From the NCBI GenBank assembly GCA_964016885.1, contig OZ024749.1:2914001-2978000 (forward strand): DNA of 64,000 bases, given 5' to 3'. Made by a program: the position numbers and the translations under genes. A model generated the notes under the pieces. It saw only the letters and a program-made list of their open reading frames with translations, was not told the origin of the DNA and made no database searches. This DNA is from Eledone cirrhosa. Its lineage: Eukaryota. Below, one piece after another: positions 1 to 12,884 of this stretch. Position 1 is the stretch's first letter; each line of letters opens with the position of its first letter.

Positions 1-80
<80 letters not shown>

Positions 81-148
81 GATTATATATATATACATAT
101 ATTATTATATATATTTATATATATAAATATATATAATATATATATATT
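1..148. repeat. (CA)n then (TA)n microsatellite; representative of dozens of (TA)n/(CA)n/(GA)n tracts across the window
   Basis: Direct reading of dinucleotide runs. Confidence 0.98.
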
Positions 149-149
149 A

Positions 150-905
150 ACCGCTGAGTAGCCCAATTTACATATCGAGTGGGTTAATCGGCCGGGTGCA
201 CCGAAAACCATAAACGGAAAAAATGAAACGAAATTTCATTTCCCACTCTTAGTACGGCTGTTACTTAAATATAAGTATGTACACGTACATACATATATGT
301 ATACAGACGTACAGTAGTATGTATATATATATACATACATGCACACATATATATTCCCCGCTGTTACACGTCTATTTCGTTCTTACTGCTACCACTTTCG
401 CTGTATCTTTACCCTCTCTAGCAGTCACTCTCTCTGTTAGCTTCTTCCTCACCCTTCACTCACTCTTCTCCTCCTCCTTCTTCCCGTTTGACCTGTGCGT
501 AATTATTTTCTTTCGCACCCTTGGTCTGGCAGGTCGCTTTTTTTCTCTCTCGTCTACGATTTCACAGAACTTACGTTCACCGAAATCACAGACTAGATCC
601 CTTCTTCCTCCCGTTAGACCTGTACGGAATTCCTTCCTTGCCCACATTCCAACCAGGTTTAATGGTCTTTATTCTCTCTCGTTCACGATTTCACCGTATT
701 TAAATTCATAGAAATTTGGGACTTGACTCCTTCTTCCTCGCTTTTCGTTGCTTCTCCATTTTTGTTTGTTTAGACCCATGTCCCCTTTATTTACGTGTCT
801 CAACGATTTTTTTAGCCGTTGCTCGCACCAACCGGAGGTATATGGTCTTTAAAGCGATGAAATACCAATGATGGTTGCAAGATCACTGATGAAGGACTTT
901 ATTCA
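150..905 (+). mobile_element. Unclassified interspersed repeat between (TA)n tracts; related pieces at 8700-8958 (-), 38245-38468 (+), 38715-38760 (+)
   Basis: Shared blocks such as GAAATTTCATTTC.CACTCTTAGTACGGCTG.TACTTAAAT, CATATGTATACAGACGTACA and TGATGGTTG.AAGAT.ACTGATGAAGGAC. Confidence 0.7.
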
Positions 906-963
906 TATATATATATATCTGTATATACATATATTTATATGCAAATATATACATACATATAAG

Positions 964-1007
<44 letters not shown>

Positions 1008-1011
<4 letters not shown>

Positions 1012-1596
1012 ATAATAATAAACGTGAAGACGAAAATCCAAAGAGGGCTCGATAAGGATAAATATATAAGAACCCTAGAGCAAATATTTATTAAAATAAC
1101 AGATTAAAGTTTAAGCAAAGAAACGCTACTTTCACCTTTAACGAATCTTCTGAACCTAAAAAAAATTAATATGTGAACGCAGAAGTAAATATTTCAAAAA
1201 ATGTTGCAATCGAAGGAAAACTGGAAGACGATACTTTGGTTCGTGAAGACATTCCCTTGCCAATGAACGGCAGAAATACGTCGTTATGTGAAGCGAAGAG
1301 AACTATTTTACGCAAAGAATCATTCGGTTGCCTAAATAGAATATTAGTCTACGACTCCATTTAAACCATAAACGTGGTTTTGTCTTTGAGTGTAATTGTT
1401 CTCATCGGTTCACATAACGACATATCATCTCCGCTTTTTTTCCGTTCATTGCCAGAGAACGTCTTCACGAACCAAAGTATCGTCTTCCTGTTTTCCTTCG
1501 GTTGCAATGTTTTTCAAAATATTTACTTCGGCGTTCACAGATTGACATGTTTTACTTTCAGAAGATCCCGTTAAGGGTGAAAGCAGCGTTGATTTC
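1008..1596. mobile_element. Fold-back element, arms ~1120-1320 / ~1378-1595, with an HHR-like motif in each arm; other family pieces at 26095-26190, 59290-59490, 63770-63870 (-)
   Basis: GAAGACGATACTTTGGTTCGTGAAGAC (left) is the reverse complement of GTCTTCACGAACCAAAGTATCGTCTTC (right); (TA)n on the left side. Confidence 0.85.
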
Positions 1597-2656
1597 ACAA
1601 TATAAAATCATTCTCGTACCTTACGTTGGATTTGTAGCTTTTTTCCTTCTACCAATTTAATCATATTCACTATAAATACATATATGATATATTTAATAAG
1701 AAATATGGTAAATATGTGACAGAAAACTTAAATAAAAAGAATTAAATAATGACTATATATTAAATGTACAAGTTGAAAATAATGCTTATACTAGATACAC
1801 GTTGTGTAAAAATCGTTTCTGACTAGGAAGAAAACTGCGAGATAACACAGATATGAGTATAAGCAATATGAATGGTAAAAATGACACTATTTGCTAATCA
1901 TAGAAATATATCAGGCTTGATTTTCATTGAGGTGTAACAAAGTCTAATAACAACTAAACAGAGTCAGCTTTAGATTTATTCCAGCTGCAGTCAATCAGAT
2001 GCCGTTTTGATAGATAAAGAACCAATGAATCACTTCATCACCAGAATGCATCATGTAGCAGTACAATTGACAAAATTCATCAGGGAAACTGAAGAATACA
2101 TAATACTACTGGGTGACAATGTAAAATAAATTATATGATCATGATGCTGAGAAAGAGAATTCGACGTCGATTTTCTGGAATACACTTCAAACAACAGATA
2201 TCTTTTAGTTGAATATTCTGAATCAATAAATCGTAAATGTTTAGCTATATTACATAAACACACACACACACACATATCCATAGGTATATAAATCTCTGCG
2301 ATTCTGTCAAAACACGTAAAAAGAGAGAGGGGCGTAGTGTGACTACCTCATACGACTCCTCTTTCTTTACATCTGCTGCCTGCATGAATGTATGTGTTTG
2401 TAAAATGAAGGAAGGGGAAGGTAAAAAACTACGCTGTGTGTGAGTGTATGTGTAGGTGTGTGTTTGTGTAAATGTATGTGTGCGTGTGTGCGTGTGAATG
2501 TATGTCTGTGAGTGTGTATTTTTGTGTGTCTGTATTAACGCGTTTATATTCATATACTCATATATATAAATGTAATGCATATGCACATACACGCACACAC
2601 ATATACACATACGCATTAGCGCATGGAAAATAATTCTAGTATATATATATATATAT

Positions 2657-2797
2657 ATAACAAAGGAATTGTGGTAAGGAACCAGATGGACCATAACGCA
2701 CCAGAGTACCCAATACTTAGGGTAGTAGAGTGTGAAATAGGAAAAAGTATTGCCCCGACGGCAGAGCTCACGCCGTCTCTACGGCTATTTCTGGACA
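2657..2797 (-). mobile_element. Truncated PLE terminal-repeat fragment, same family as 5298-5487, 18981-19162, 22958-23150
   Basis: AAGGAA.TGTGGTAAGGAACCAG.TGGACCATAACGCACC shared by all copies; (TA)n on both sides. Confidence 0.85.
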
Positions 2798-2819
2798 TAT
2801 ATATATATAAAGTATATAT

Positions 2820-3127
2820 TATTCAAAATCACTTCACTTTCTCATCAACAAATTTAATTTAAATGTAAAGGATGCAATGAAGATTATATAGGGGAAACTA
2901 AATTCACACTCAGAAACAGAATGACAATTCATCGCCAACAATTACGAGACCCTACCTCAAGACAGATACCACTCAGTGGACATCTAGACATATGCGCAAG
3001 CGATAAAACACCAACATTCCAAGTCTTCCCATTTTATCTTTGCGCTGACAATACAACAGAACAAATACGTATGAATAAGGAAAATATGTTTATTCAAAAA
3101 TATAGACCAGCATTAAATATAGTTTAA
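2820..3127 (+). pseudogene. GIY-YIG endonuclease C-terminus of a 5'-truncated Penelope-like element
   Basis: Reading upstream of ORF 2921-3127 gives CKGCNEDYIGETKFTLRNRMTIHRQQ...HLDIC...KENMFIQKYRPALN: CxxC, YIG, catalytic R and E, terminal LN. Confidence 0.85.
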
Positions 3128-4237
3128 TATATATTATGTCAACACCATAACATGTTAACCATCCAAACAGACACATACATACACACACACATAACACTTT
3201 AGAAAATAAAAACCAGAACTAAATAAACCTTAACATACGTTAATACTCTAACACCATAACATGTTAACCCCCCCCCACACACACACATAACACCCTCTTC
3301 TATATTCGAAAATAAAAACCAGAACTAAATAGGCCTTAACTTACGTTAATACTCTCACACTTTAACATGCTAACCATACCACCACACGCACATACACACA
3401 CATATAGCACTCATACACACACGCACATAACTCCCTCCACCATTTCTACTTATGGAATCATTTTCCTACACACACACGCACACAAATATATATTCTCTCC
3501 ATCTTAACATGCTACCCATACTTCCACACATACATATAACACCCTTACACACACACGCATAACTCCCTTCCTCATTTCTACAAATAGAATCATTTCCCTA
3601 CACATACAGACATCAGAACACAATTAAAAATATATATCTCTATTTTCTTTATTTCAATAGAAAGTCTGAATTTTGACACCCCAGCTCATCAGCCATACTC
3701 ACCAACCAGAACAAATCTCCCCATGCCTTTTTTCTTGACCATTATCTTTTGTTTGGCACAAAACTCTCTAAATGGCAACAAAGAACCCAAAACTACGAAC
3801 TGCCGCGAACTTTAATGTAGTTATTCCTGTGACAATCATAGCCAATCAAATTACATTTATAACAAAACAAATTTTTTGAGCCACATTTTTAAGTGAAAAG
3901 AACCCTCAAACACGAACTGGCGCGAAAGTTGATGTAATTATTCACGTGACTGCATCAACCAACCAAATTTCACTCATATATGACCAAACAATCTGAGACC
4001 CCCCCCCCCCTTCTTTTTAAAGGCAAATACAATAAGAAGTCTATAACGCGAACTGGCGCGAAATTTATTATAATTATTCACGTGACAGTCATCAACCAGC
4101 CAAATTACTTTTCTAAAATTTTTCCATAGAAAATTCGAACACCAACCAGACGCGAGAAAAACCACAAACCCTCCAGCTCAATTCTACCTATGAAAAACAC
4201 GAGAACTGCGAAACCGGTAAAGGAACCAAATAAATAT

Positions 4238-5236
4238 GTTTTGCAGACTCCTGCAATAGGAATTTGTCGATCTTGGATTTGCAGAAACTTAGCGCTGATG
4301 TTGGATGCGATATGTGATCTATATTGTTGATATAAGATGTAAGTTATATATTTTACACTCAGCCTCACCGCTATGTCCGGGTCAGTATAAAATATTTTCC
4401 TGGGTCCTGTATTTTCGTTGCTCTGGTAATGCGGCTGGACTGCCGACTGCTATATCTGATTTGCTAAGCTGTCTGAACGTAATCTTATTACTCTGGGGTC
4501 TCACCTCATCCGAGTGCTAAAGCTACAGACCGATTATGCATATACTCTAGCTTGGCCGTACACTAAAGCTTCGTCAATGCTGTACTAAAATGATATTTAC
4601 TCCTAGAATTAACGATTAACTGATTAATTAAATTAGATAATTCTATTGATTGATTAATTATTGCAGTTTGTTTGATAACTTCTAGTCGACTGCTTTATTC
4701 GGTTTGTATAAAGGGATTCATTCCTTTACCTCAAATTAGAATACACCGCCTAAGCGGGGGTTACCTCCCTTGGAGAAAACCACGTGTCTGTGGCGACTTT
4801 TAAAGTTACAACATACCCGCTTTGGCTAAGAACGAAAGAGTTGCTGAAGAAGTAAATCCTAAGTTCTGTCGTCAAAAACCATTATATTGCAGACGCCTGC
4901 AATAGGAATTTGTCGATCTTGGATTTGCAGAAACTTAGCTCTGATGTTGGATGTGATATTGTGATCTATATTGTGGATATACGATGTAAGTTATATATTT
5001 TACACTCAACCTCACCGCTATGTCCGGGTCAGTATAAAATCTTTTCCTAGGTCCTGTGTTTTCGTTGCTCTGGTAATGCGGCTGGACTGCCGACTGCTAT
5101 ATCTGATTTGCTAAGCTGTCTGAACGTAATGTTATTACTCTGGGGTCTTACCTCATCCGAGTGCTAAAGCTACAGACCGATTATGCATACACGCTAGCTT
5201 GGCCGTATACTAAAGCTTCGTCAATGCTGTACTAAA

Positions 5237-5238
<2 letters not shown>
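4238..5238 (+). repeat. ~350 bp direct repeat, 4238-4590 and 4886-5238 (probable tandem pseudo-LTR)
   Basis: TTGCAGAC.CCTGCAATAGGAATTTGTCG ... CTTCGTCAATGCTGTACTAAAAT occurs twice with few differences. Confidence 0.9.
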
Positions 5239-5297
<59 letters not shown>

Positions 5298-5298
<1 letters not shown>

Positions 5299-5482
5299 CG
5301 AAGGAAATGTGGTAAGGAACCAGGTGGACCATAACGCACCAAAGTACTCAATACTTGAGGTAGTAGAGTGGGTAATAGGAACCAGTAAGACCCCGACAGC
5401 TGAGCTCAAGCCGTTTCGACGGCTAATTCTCAGAATTAGCCGTCGAAACGGCTTGAGCTCAGCTGTCGGGGTCTTACTGGTT

Positions 5483-5487
<5 letters not shown>
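5298..5487. mobile_element. Short PLE-derived element ending in a perfect hairpin, 5375-5487 (apex 5431)
   Basis: 56 bp arms are exact reverse complements around a 1-nt apex; flanked by (TA)n. Confidence 0.92.
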
Positions 5488-5546
<59 letters not shown>

Positions 5547-6513
5547 GTCCACTTAGGTGTAGTCCAGTTATGGCGGAGTGTCACTCTTTCTGATAGAGAT
5601 AACATCTATATCTGACAAACGATCCAGACATATATATTATTATCGTCTGTGATCCAGAAGCCTTTGGTAATGGTGTAGTTATAATTTATGTTGTCCACTT
5701 TCTAATGAAATAGCTCTGTTCTATACACAGAACACTCCCTTTTCCTTTGCTTTTTCCTTGGCTTCCCCTTTGGAATTACGTTATATATATTTATATATAT
5801 ATAAACACAGTTCAAGAGTAACCAATCTTAAAGAGAGAGATGTAGATAGTGGAGGAGATATGAGAGGAGAGATTGGTGAATTAGTTAGAAGCCAAAGCGT
5901 AAAGGCATGTGCTCAATGTGCAATATGCAGTAGAAAGCGATGAGCCTCTCTGTCTTTTAAATATGTTAATTATTTTCAACTGAACCAGATCAATTATGAT
6001 ATATAGTCATCTGATCCATACATATTATATGGAGTAGCAAAACAATTGTAAACGGACATTATTATTATTAATATTATTATTATTATTATTCCCTACATTC
6101 CTCACATCAAACTAAAATATGTTGACAATCTTTTAATAATGTCTTCCTTGTGAAATTTGTGGTCTTGTTTTGCTTAACTAATGAATATATATATATATAT
6201 ATAGATATATATATGGGGGGAGAGAGGGAGAGATACCTTCTGTCTTCTTTCTCGAGCGGATTTAAGTAATAACTTTCAATGGTAACATAAACTCTTATGG
6301 AGATTTATAAAATGTTTATATCTCGTGCCATTGCCGTTGAGGGCATCTTTAATCCGAAAACGTCCATTTAATTCGGGCTCATAAACCTTCTGGGTGTATT
6401 CTTTAAGTCAGTTAGAAGGAAAATAAAGTGTCACGGAAGTTCATATAAACATATACATACATACTGAGAGACACACATACTTACATACTTAAATACTTAC
6501 ACAGATACACACG

Positions 6514-6596
<83 letters not shown>

Positions 6597-7478
6597 TAAT
6601 ATAACATATATATGTAAGAAATAAAATGAAAAACTATAAAAGATTAAAATGCAAACAAATTGCTAATAAATAAAAGAATCAAATGTAAATAATTAGAAAC
6701 AAGTAAAGAAAAAAATATATGGTAGAGAGAAAATGAGAAAATAACGGAGAAAGGAAAAACTGTAAAACTGAAGATAGAAGATAGATAATACATAGAGGAA
6801 GGATTAGAAGAATACAACAGAAATAATAATAATAAAATCGAGAAGAGAAATGAAGAGAGAAGGAGAATTAAATAATACAATGATATAAAGTGGACAGAAT
6901 AGAGAGAACAAACGAGATGATATGAGGCGATAAAATACGGAAAAGATGTTGTCAGAAGTGAGGTGAAAGATGGGAATTTGTATGAAGACAACAAAATGTT
7001 TGTCAGAACACAAAACGCCTTTCAGACATCGTGTCTGAACACAACAAATGGCTCCAGAAAGTCTTTATCTTTTACAAATATTAGTTGGCTTCGCATCTTA
7101 GGAATGGATGCTGTTGAATGATGTTAGATGGTGTTGGCTATAACGTCCAGCAGTGATATCTTGTTACTTTTTCATTCACATATATATATATACACACACA
7201 CACACATAAATATATATATATATAGAGAGAAAGAGAGAGGGGGGGGACATACACACCTATATATATATATTATATATATATATATATATATATCTATATC
7301 TCTCCGTCTATCACTCTCTATGTATATCTGTGCCTAATTTATATACATCTGCATATATAAGGTTATTCCTATCTGTCTATATCTATATTAATCTATCTTT
7401 CTCTCTCTCTATATATATATATACGCATTTATATTTACATATATATATATACATACTAAAGCCCCGCCCCATCACCCC

Positions 7479-7509
<31 letters not shown>

Positions 7510-7510
<1 letters not shown>

Positions 7511-7805
7511 AAAAGGTAAACAGACGTAACAACACAATCGGTAAAGTATACGGAAGAAATATATTAGGTTAACGCTTGAAATAGCAGGAAGATGGTCTTA
7601 ACGTTTCGAAAATAATGCATTTCTACAGAGATTTGTTCCAACTCCATCCCGCCCGTCCCTTTAATCTATCTAATTTCCCATTCTCTCTTCTGATGAAGGA
7701 CTAGCATCCGAAACGTCAAGTCACTCTTCTCGCTATTTCAAGCGTTAACCTAATATATTCCGTCCTTACACTCTTCAGATTGTGTTGTTATTTCTGTTTT
7801 CGTTT

Positions 7806-7808
<3 letters not shown>
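7510..7808. mobile_element. Fold-back element with diverged arms (~7511-7632 / ~7686-7808) carrying opposed HHR motifs; partial copy at 24290-24458
   Basis: TATATTAGGTTAACGCTTGAAATAGC versus GCTATTTCAAGCGTTAACCTAATATA. Confidence 0.85.
7687..7720 (+). ncRNA. Minimal type-I hammerhead ribozyme motif
   Basis: CTT-CTGATGA-aGGActagcaTCC-GAAA-CG-TC-AAG: intact core, short stem II, palindromic ACGT stem III, 3 bp stem I. Confidence 0.7.
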
Positions 7809-7860
<52 letters not shown>

Positions 7861-7866
<6 letters not shown>

Positions 7867-8203
7867 CAAAATATTAACATAATGGAAAATATTCTCATAA
7901 TCAAAATATATACTTTATTATATATATTTCAAAGGTACTGTGTTGCTTTTTCAGTACGTCCTCATCAGACAACATATATGATTTGATATATGACATACCG
8001 CTACGGTCTTGATTATTGAATTCCAGTATTGGCAGTTATTGAAATATATATAATAAAGTATATATTTTGATTATGAGAATATTTTTCATTTGTTAATATT
8101 TTGAATAATATTAAAAGCTCCAGGAAAACCCTACTGTTGAATGCTTCTAATCTATTGTAAAATTGTATTCATTGAGTAATCAACGAACCACACTAATCTT
8201 TGG

Positions 8204-8204
<1 letters not shown>
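7861..8204. mobile_element. Fold-back element, arms 7861-7931 / 8040-8109, with a minus-strand HHR at ~7915-7973; relatives at 22617-22885, 33440-33680, 56948-57285, 63935-64000
   Basis: Near-perfect 70 bp inverted arms; minus strand reads TTGT-CTGATGA-..GTACTG..CAGTAC..-GAAA-TATATA. Confidence 0.85.
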
Positions 8205-8281
<77 letters not shown>

Positions 8282-8498
8282 ATGCACAAATTCATTGGAT
8301 TTTCAAATTGGAGTTTCACTTTGAAACTGCATATACACGCAGCGTTTACATGAACATCCACCAGCAAATCATTTCGAATCACTGAAATTTTCTTTACTTC
8401 ATATATATATATATATATATGCAAATATATATATACATATATATATGTATATATATATGCAAATATATATATACATATATATATGTATATATATGCAA

Positions 8499-8532
<34 letters not shown>

Positions 8533-8535
8533 GCA

Positions 8536-8571
<36 letters not shown>

Positions 8572-8954
8572 CAATTTAGGCTGCCGTCAATATGTTCAGC
8601 CGTTAATATGCATAAGGAAAGTATATACTTTCAGGCGTTCAACCATCTGACAGAAAGGTATACGATGCTGACGATAGCTAATAAGCTTAAAACTAGTACA
8701 TCGTTCCTGTGACAGTGTTGAACAAAAAGGTGACGATGGTTGCCTGAACACTGTACGGCGTAATTCGGGCTGTTTGTTTGTTTACAAACAAACTGAGCAT
8801 TATAATAAATGTTCGGTTAACCCATACGTACATATATATATATGTGTGCATGTTGTACGTCTGTATACATATGTATGTACGTATACATACATATTTACAT
8901 TTAAGTACCAGCCGTACTAAGAGTGAGAAATGAAATTTCATTTCATTCTTTTCC

Positions 8955-9012
<58 letters not shown>

Positions 9013-9326
9013 AAATGTGTTCTCTCTCTAACATAGCAGATACCTAAATGCAATCGTTAGTTTTATATCGAATAATAATAATTTTATAATAATATTATTG
9101 ATATTTAATTATTTTTGCATGCAAACAGCCTCAAAACGCGGTGTCTTTTAGACGACTACCTCCATCATTTTGTTGTAGCGTTAGCATAGAGAACAATCGA
9201 CTATTGTTTCGGGCACATTGCCATTTCCCAAGATTGTGTAACCCATTTTCTGCTTAAGAATACATAGAATTCTGTAAAGTATGCATCGGCTGATTAGCCT
9301 AATTTGCATACCGAGTGAAAATACGG

Positions 9327-9527
9327 CTTCTTCTTCTTCTTCTTCTTCTTCTTCTTTTTCTTTTTCGTTTTCTTTTTCGTCGTCGTCGTCTACTTCTTCT
9401 TCTTTTTCGTCGTCGTCGTCGTCGTCGTCGTCTTTTTCTTCGTCGTCGTCGTCTTCTTCTTCTTCTTCTTCTTCTTCTTCTTCTTCTTCTTCTTCTTCTT
9501 CTTCTTCTTCTTCTTCTTCTTCTTCTT
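9327..9527. repeat. (TTC)n/(TCG)n trinucleotide repeat
   Basis: Direct reading; explains the poly-S/R/L ORFs. Confidence 0.97.
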
Positions 9528-9723
9528 TCCCGAATAGAGGTTTTCTTCAAATATTTTGGTGTCAGCCATCTTTATTGCAATCTATATTTCATATATGCAA
9601 AATAGAATTATTCAAGTGGTTTTTTATCCGGTTGATGGCTTCTATCACTCACTTTTCTTTCCGTCTTCGTTCGTTCAACTTTATCTCTGAGCTGTAATCA
9701 ATAAAAACTAAAAAGAACTTTCG

Positions 9724-9766
<43 letters not shown>

Positions 9767-9779
9767 ATATATATTTATA

Positions 9780-9840
<61 letters not shown>

Positions 9841-10739
9841 AAACTTGGACAAGAACAAAAACAGAGGCAGACAAATAAAGGTTTATTAGGTTCACGCATC
9901 ATATATATATATATATATATAATCAGACACATACAGACACATGCATTCACATACAGTCACAAAACCACAAATGCAGTCTCACACATATAATATACATATA
10001 TATATATACAAATATATAATATATTATATTGTACTTATATGCAATGATTGCCCCCGACAATTGACTCTTAATAAATTCACTAAATATGTTCCTGTAATGT
10101 TGGTGTACCGGGAAAGAGGTGTTTACCTTCACATAACTGGTACCCAGTCTTTGAGTTCTATGTAGTTGGACCATGTACATCACTGGGGTCTGTGTAGCTG
10201 ACCAGTTTAAATGGTTGACACCCTACGTTGTGTAAATGTAATAATAATCTGGATGACAATATTTAATTAGTCGACGCCATCTTAACATATTCGGGAAATC
10301 AAGTCGGTACATGTGTGTCAGTTGTAAACGATTCCTTTCTCCGATGGGACGAACTCATACCTGATTTCCATGCGTCTGAACCTCCTTTTCAAACTCCGAT
10401 GTTCCCAGGACACCTGACATTTAAAGTAGCCGTTTGTCTCACCTGGATTGGAGCCTATCCTGTCACTGGCCTGAAGTCCGTGTCGTCGCTGAGGTTGATT
10501 TACCGTCTATGTCTTCTAAGAACGCCTGAGCATTGAACTGCATGTTTCTCGGGACCAGCATTGCTTCACGTCTGACACGTGATGTTCATAGATTACCAGT
10601 TGTTGTTGTCAAAAATGGGTGGGAAACCATGCCTTTCCGAACGTCTTGTCTGACTGACGGCTTTCAAATCTATATCTGGTGACCTGAGGTCACAGAGCAA
10701 CTGACTTTGCTTCTATGTCCATCACAGGCTATGACCAAT

Positions 10740-11200
10740 TATAAATCCCACACAAATTATAACCATATATATTTGAGGAAGCGTTTTGCCTCCGCATTCG
10801 TCTATATGTTTGCTTAGAGGGATCTTTCTAGTTTACGGGGTTCTGATTTAGTACCTAGGACTGTCATGCTTCGTCGGAGTATCAGCCCCATCTGTCCTAC
10901 ATAAAGATCGTGGCAACCTCGACAGGGCGTGGCAAAAATTAAGTTTCTCGAATTGCACGAGAAGTTATTTCTATATAAAAGAAAGAAGTCACTGAACATG
11001 GGCCATAATAATAAAAAAGAAAACGTCCGTTGACCCGGTCTTCTATTTTGTTGCGTTAAGTTCTTATTGTAGATTTCCATGGGTCTAGGAAATTGGGCTT
11101 TAGTGTTTGGTATATATGACTCTATTAGTTCTTTAACCGGAAATGTTTTAGCCATATGTTGTCGAAACGATCTCCATTTTCCAATACTTTAGTATAAATT
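10740..11200 (-). pseudogene. Degenerate PLE GIY-YIG endonuclease remnant
   Basis: ORF 10814-11155 contains FSCNSRNLIFATPCRGCHDLYVGQMGLILRRSMT, similar to the 2820-3127 remnant. Confidence 0.7.
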
Positions 11201-11889
11201 AACACCTCTTCCATCAAGCCGTTGTTCTTTCGAACAAGAGTGAAGTTGATGTAAGAGGATTGTGCTTGTGGGATTCGATGTTGTATTAGTTTTTGTTTTA
11301 ATTTTCATATTCATGACTGTGGCTCCGCTGTTGTTTTTATGATAGTTGATATTGTAAATGGATGAATGGTGTGTGGTTGAGCAAAGAAGAATTCTTAGCT
11401 CTTTGCAGCCTCCCTGTTTTCATTCTGAATCAGTTATTCTCCTCTATTTCCCCTTTTCCTCTTCCGCAAACATCAAGTGGCGGTTTTCACTCATGAACAT
11501 CGTCACATGACAAAGTCTCGGTTTCAGAGATATTTGAACAAGAGGAGTAGGATATTATGTTTTGAGTGTGTGACTTGCATGAGTTTAGCAGGGAATTATT
11601 TCATACATAGCTACACAAATACATCCATCCATCCATCCATTCATCCATATATACATAAATGCATGCATATAAACATACATACTTACTTTGAGCGTACATT
11701 CATATATGAATACATAGGTACATACACACATATACATCATGCAAACGTACATACATACTTACATTCATACAGACACACAAACATGCATACATACTTACAT
11801 TCATACTTACAAACATGCATACATACATACATACATACATACATACATACATACATACATACATACATACATACATACATACATACATA

Positions 11890-12494
11890 CATGGTGGCTG
11901 CCAACTCGTTTTCGAGTACGGCCACTACTTTATATCCATATAGGAGAACCCCTACCGATGCGCTGAACGAGCGTGACTTTTTAGTCCAGCCAGCGACTTG
12001 AAAACTCTGGTACAAACACTACACTTGTGACAATTATTGACACATAGTGCTGGGCCCATGGTACCATGTGATGACAAGTGCAGAGAGATCTCCAGATATA
12101 AAGCAATGCCTGTGCCGTGAAGCTTTTATAGTGAGCAAAGGCACTGCACAAAGCCAGTCCCACTCTCTTAACCAAGATGATATTTACCAAAAAGAAGAAC
12201 AAATCAACATCATTGGATACCATCAGGGTTGCAGGTGTTATATCAGAGTTTTCCTTCTCCTAGAATTCTGCCTTGACAAAGGCTAAGGGGTCATCTCCCC
12301 CGGTGATTTTGGATTGCCATTGACTCTTAAGAGCTTCTTTGACAGGTTTTGTTTTTAGTCCTGCAGGATGTCCAAAGTCACCCTCCTCACCAAGATACCT
12401 TGGTGGGGTTGCCAGTTTAGTCGCCAACGACCCGACCATGAGGCAGGTTGTACTGGGATACATGTTACCAGTAGCACCAACTGGTGACCTGACA

Positions 12495-12497
<3 letters not shown>
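11890..12497 (-). mobile_element. Probable non-LTR retrotransposon fragment (RTE-like 5' region) between (ACAT)n tracts
   Basis: GC-richer island bounded by (ACAT)n on both sides; minus strand GGGTCGTTGGCGACTAAACTGGCAACC resembles RTE leaders as I recall them. No intact domain. Confidence 0.35.
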
Positions 12498-12525
<28 letters not shown>

Positions 12526-12884
12526 CATACATACATGCGTATAGTCGATTGTGTAGTGTTTAGGTTTACATTTACGGTTTACGTTTTGTGTTTATTGTTC
12601 GTTTAGTTGAAGTGTGTCGAAATATGTAGAAATTTGACTGTGTGGGATCTAAAATTAGGGTTAGATTTAGTGTTAGAAGTAGGATTAGAATTAATGTTCG
12701 TATTATTGTTAGTAGAGTTACCGTGAATGGTTGCCTCCAGATTTTATAATTCTTCGTCAGACTAACTGAATATAGCATCTTGCTTAGCAACTTTGTTAAC
12801 CGTCGAAGTATGTATATATGTATTCCCATGAGTCCAGCTCACTCTAACGGTTTCGGTTAGGTACCAGCTTCCTATTGAAATTGC

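Larger units (their letters stand above)
2820..5238 (+). mobile_element. 3' portion of a PLE: endonuclease, CA-rich 3' UTR and tandem terminal repeats
   Basis: EN remnant followed by duplicated CA-rich blocks and a ~350 bp direct repeat that ends at (TA)n. Confidence 0.7.

Noticed and set aside
150-217. CTGAGTA...CGAAA as a hammerhead (similar at ~28146-28180)
   Set aside because: G8 is lost without a compensating change at position 3, and stems I/III are unconvincing.
886-905. CTGATGAAGGAC at 886, 38748 and 62647
   Set aside because: 5' half of a core only; no stem II closure or GAAA follows, so not called as ribozymes.
1008-1596. Fold-back elements as MITEs/DNA transposons
   Set aside because: Arms are asymmetric, contain HHR cores, and two families connect to PLE coding sequence; no transposase is seen.
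6640-7013. Hydrophobic minus-strand ORFs resembling membrane proteins (also 277-711, 31166-31411)
   Set aside because: Caused by purine/pyrimidine strand skew and low complexity.
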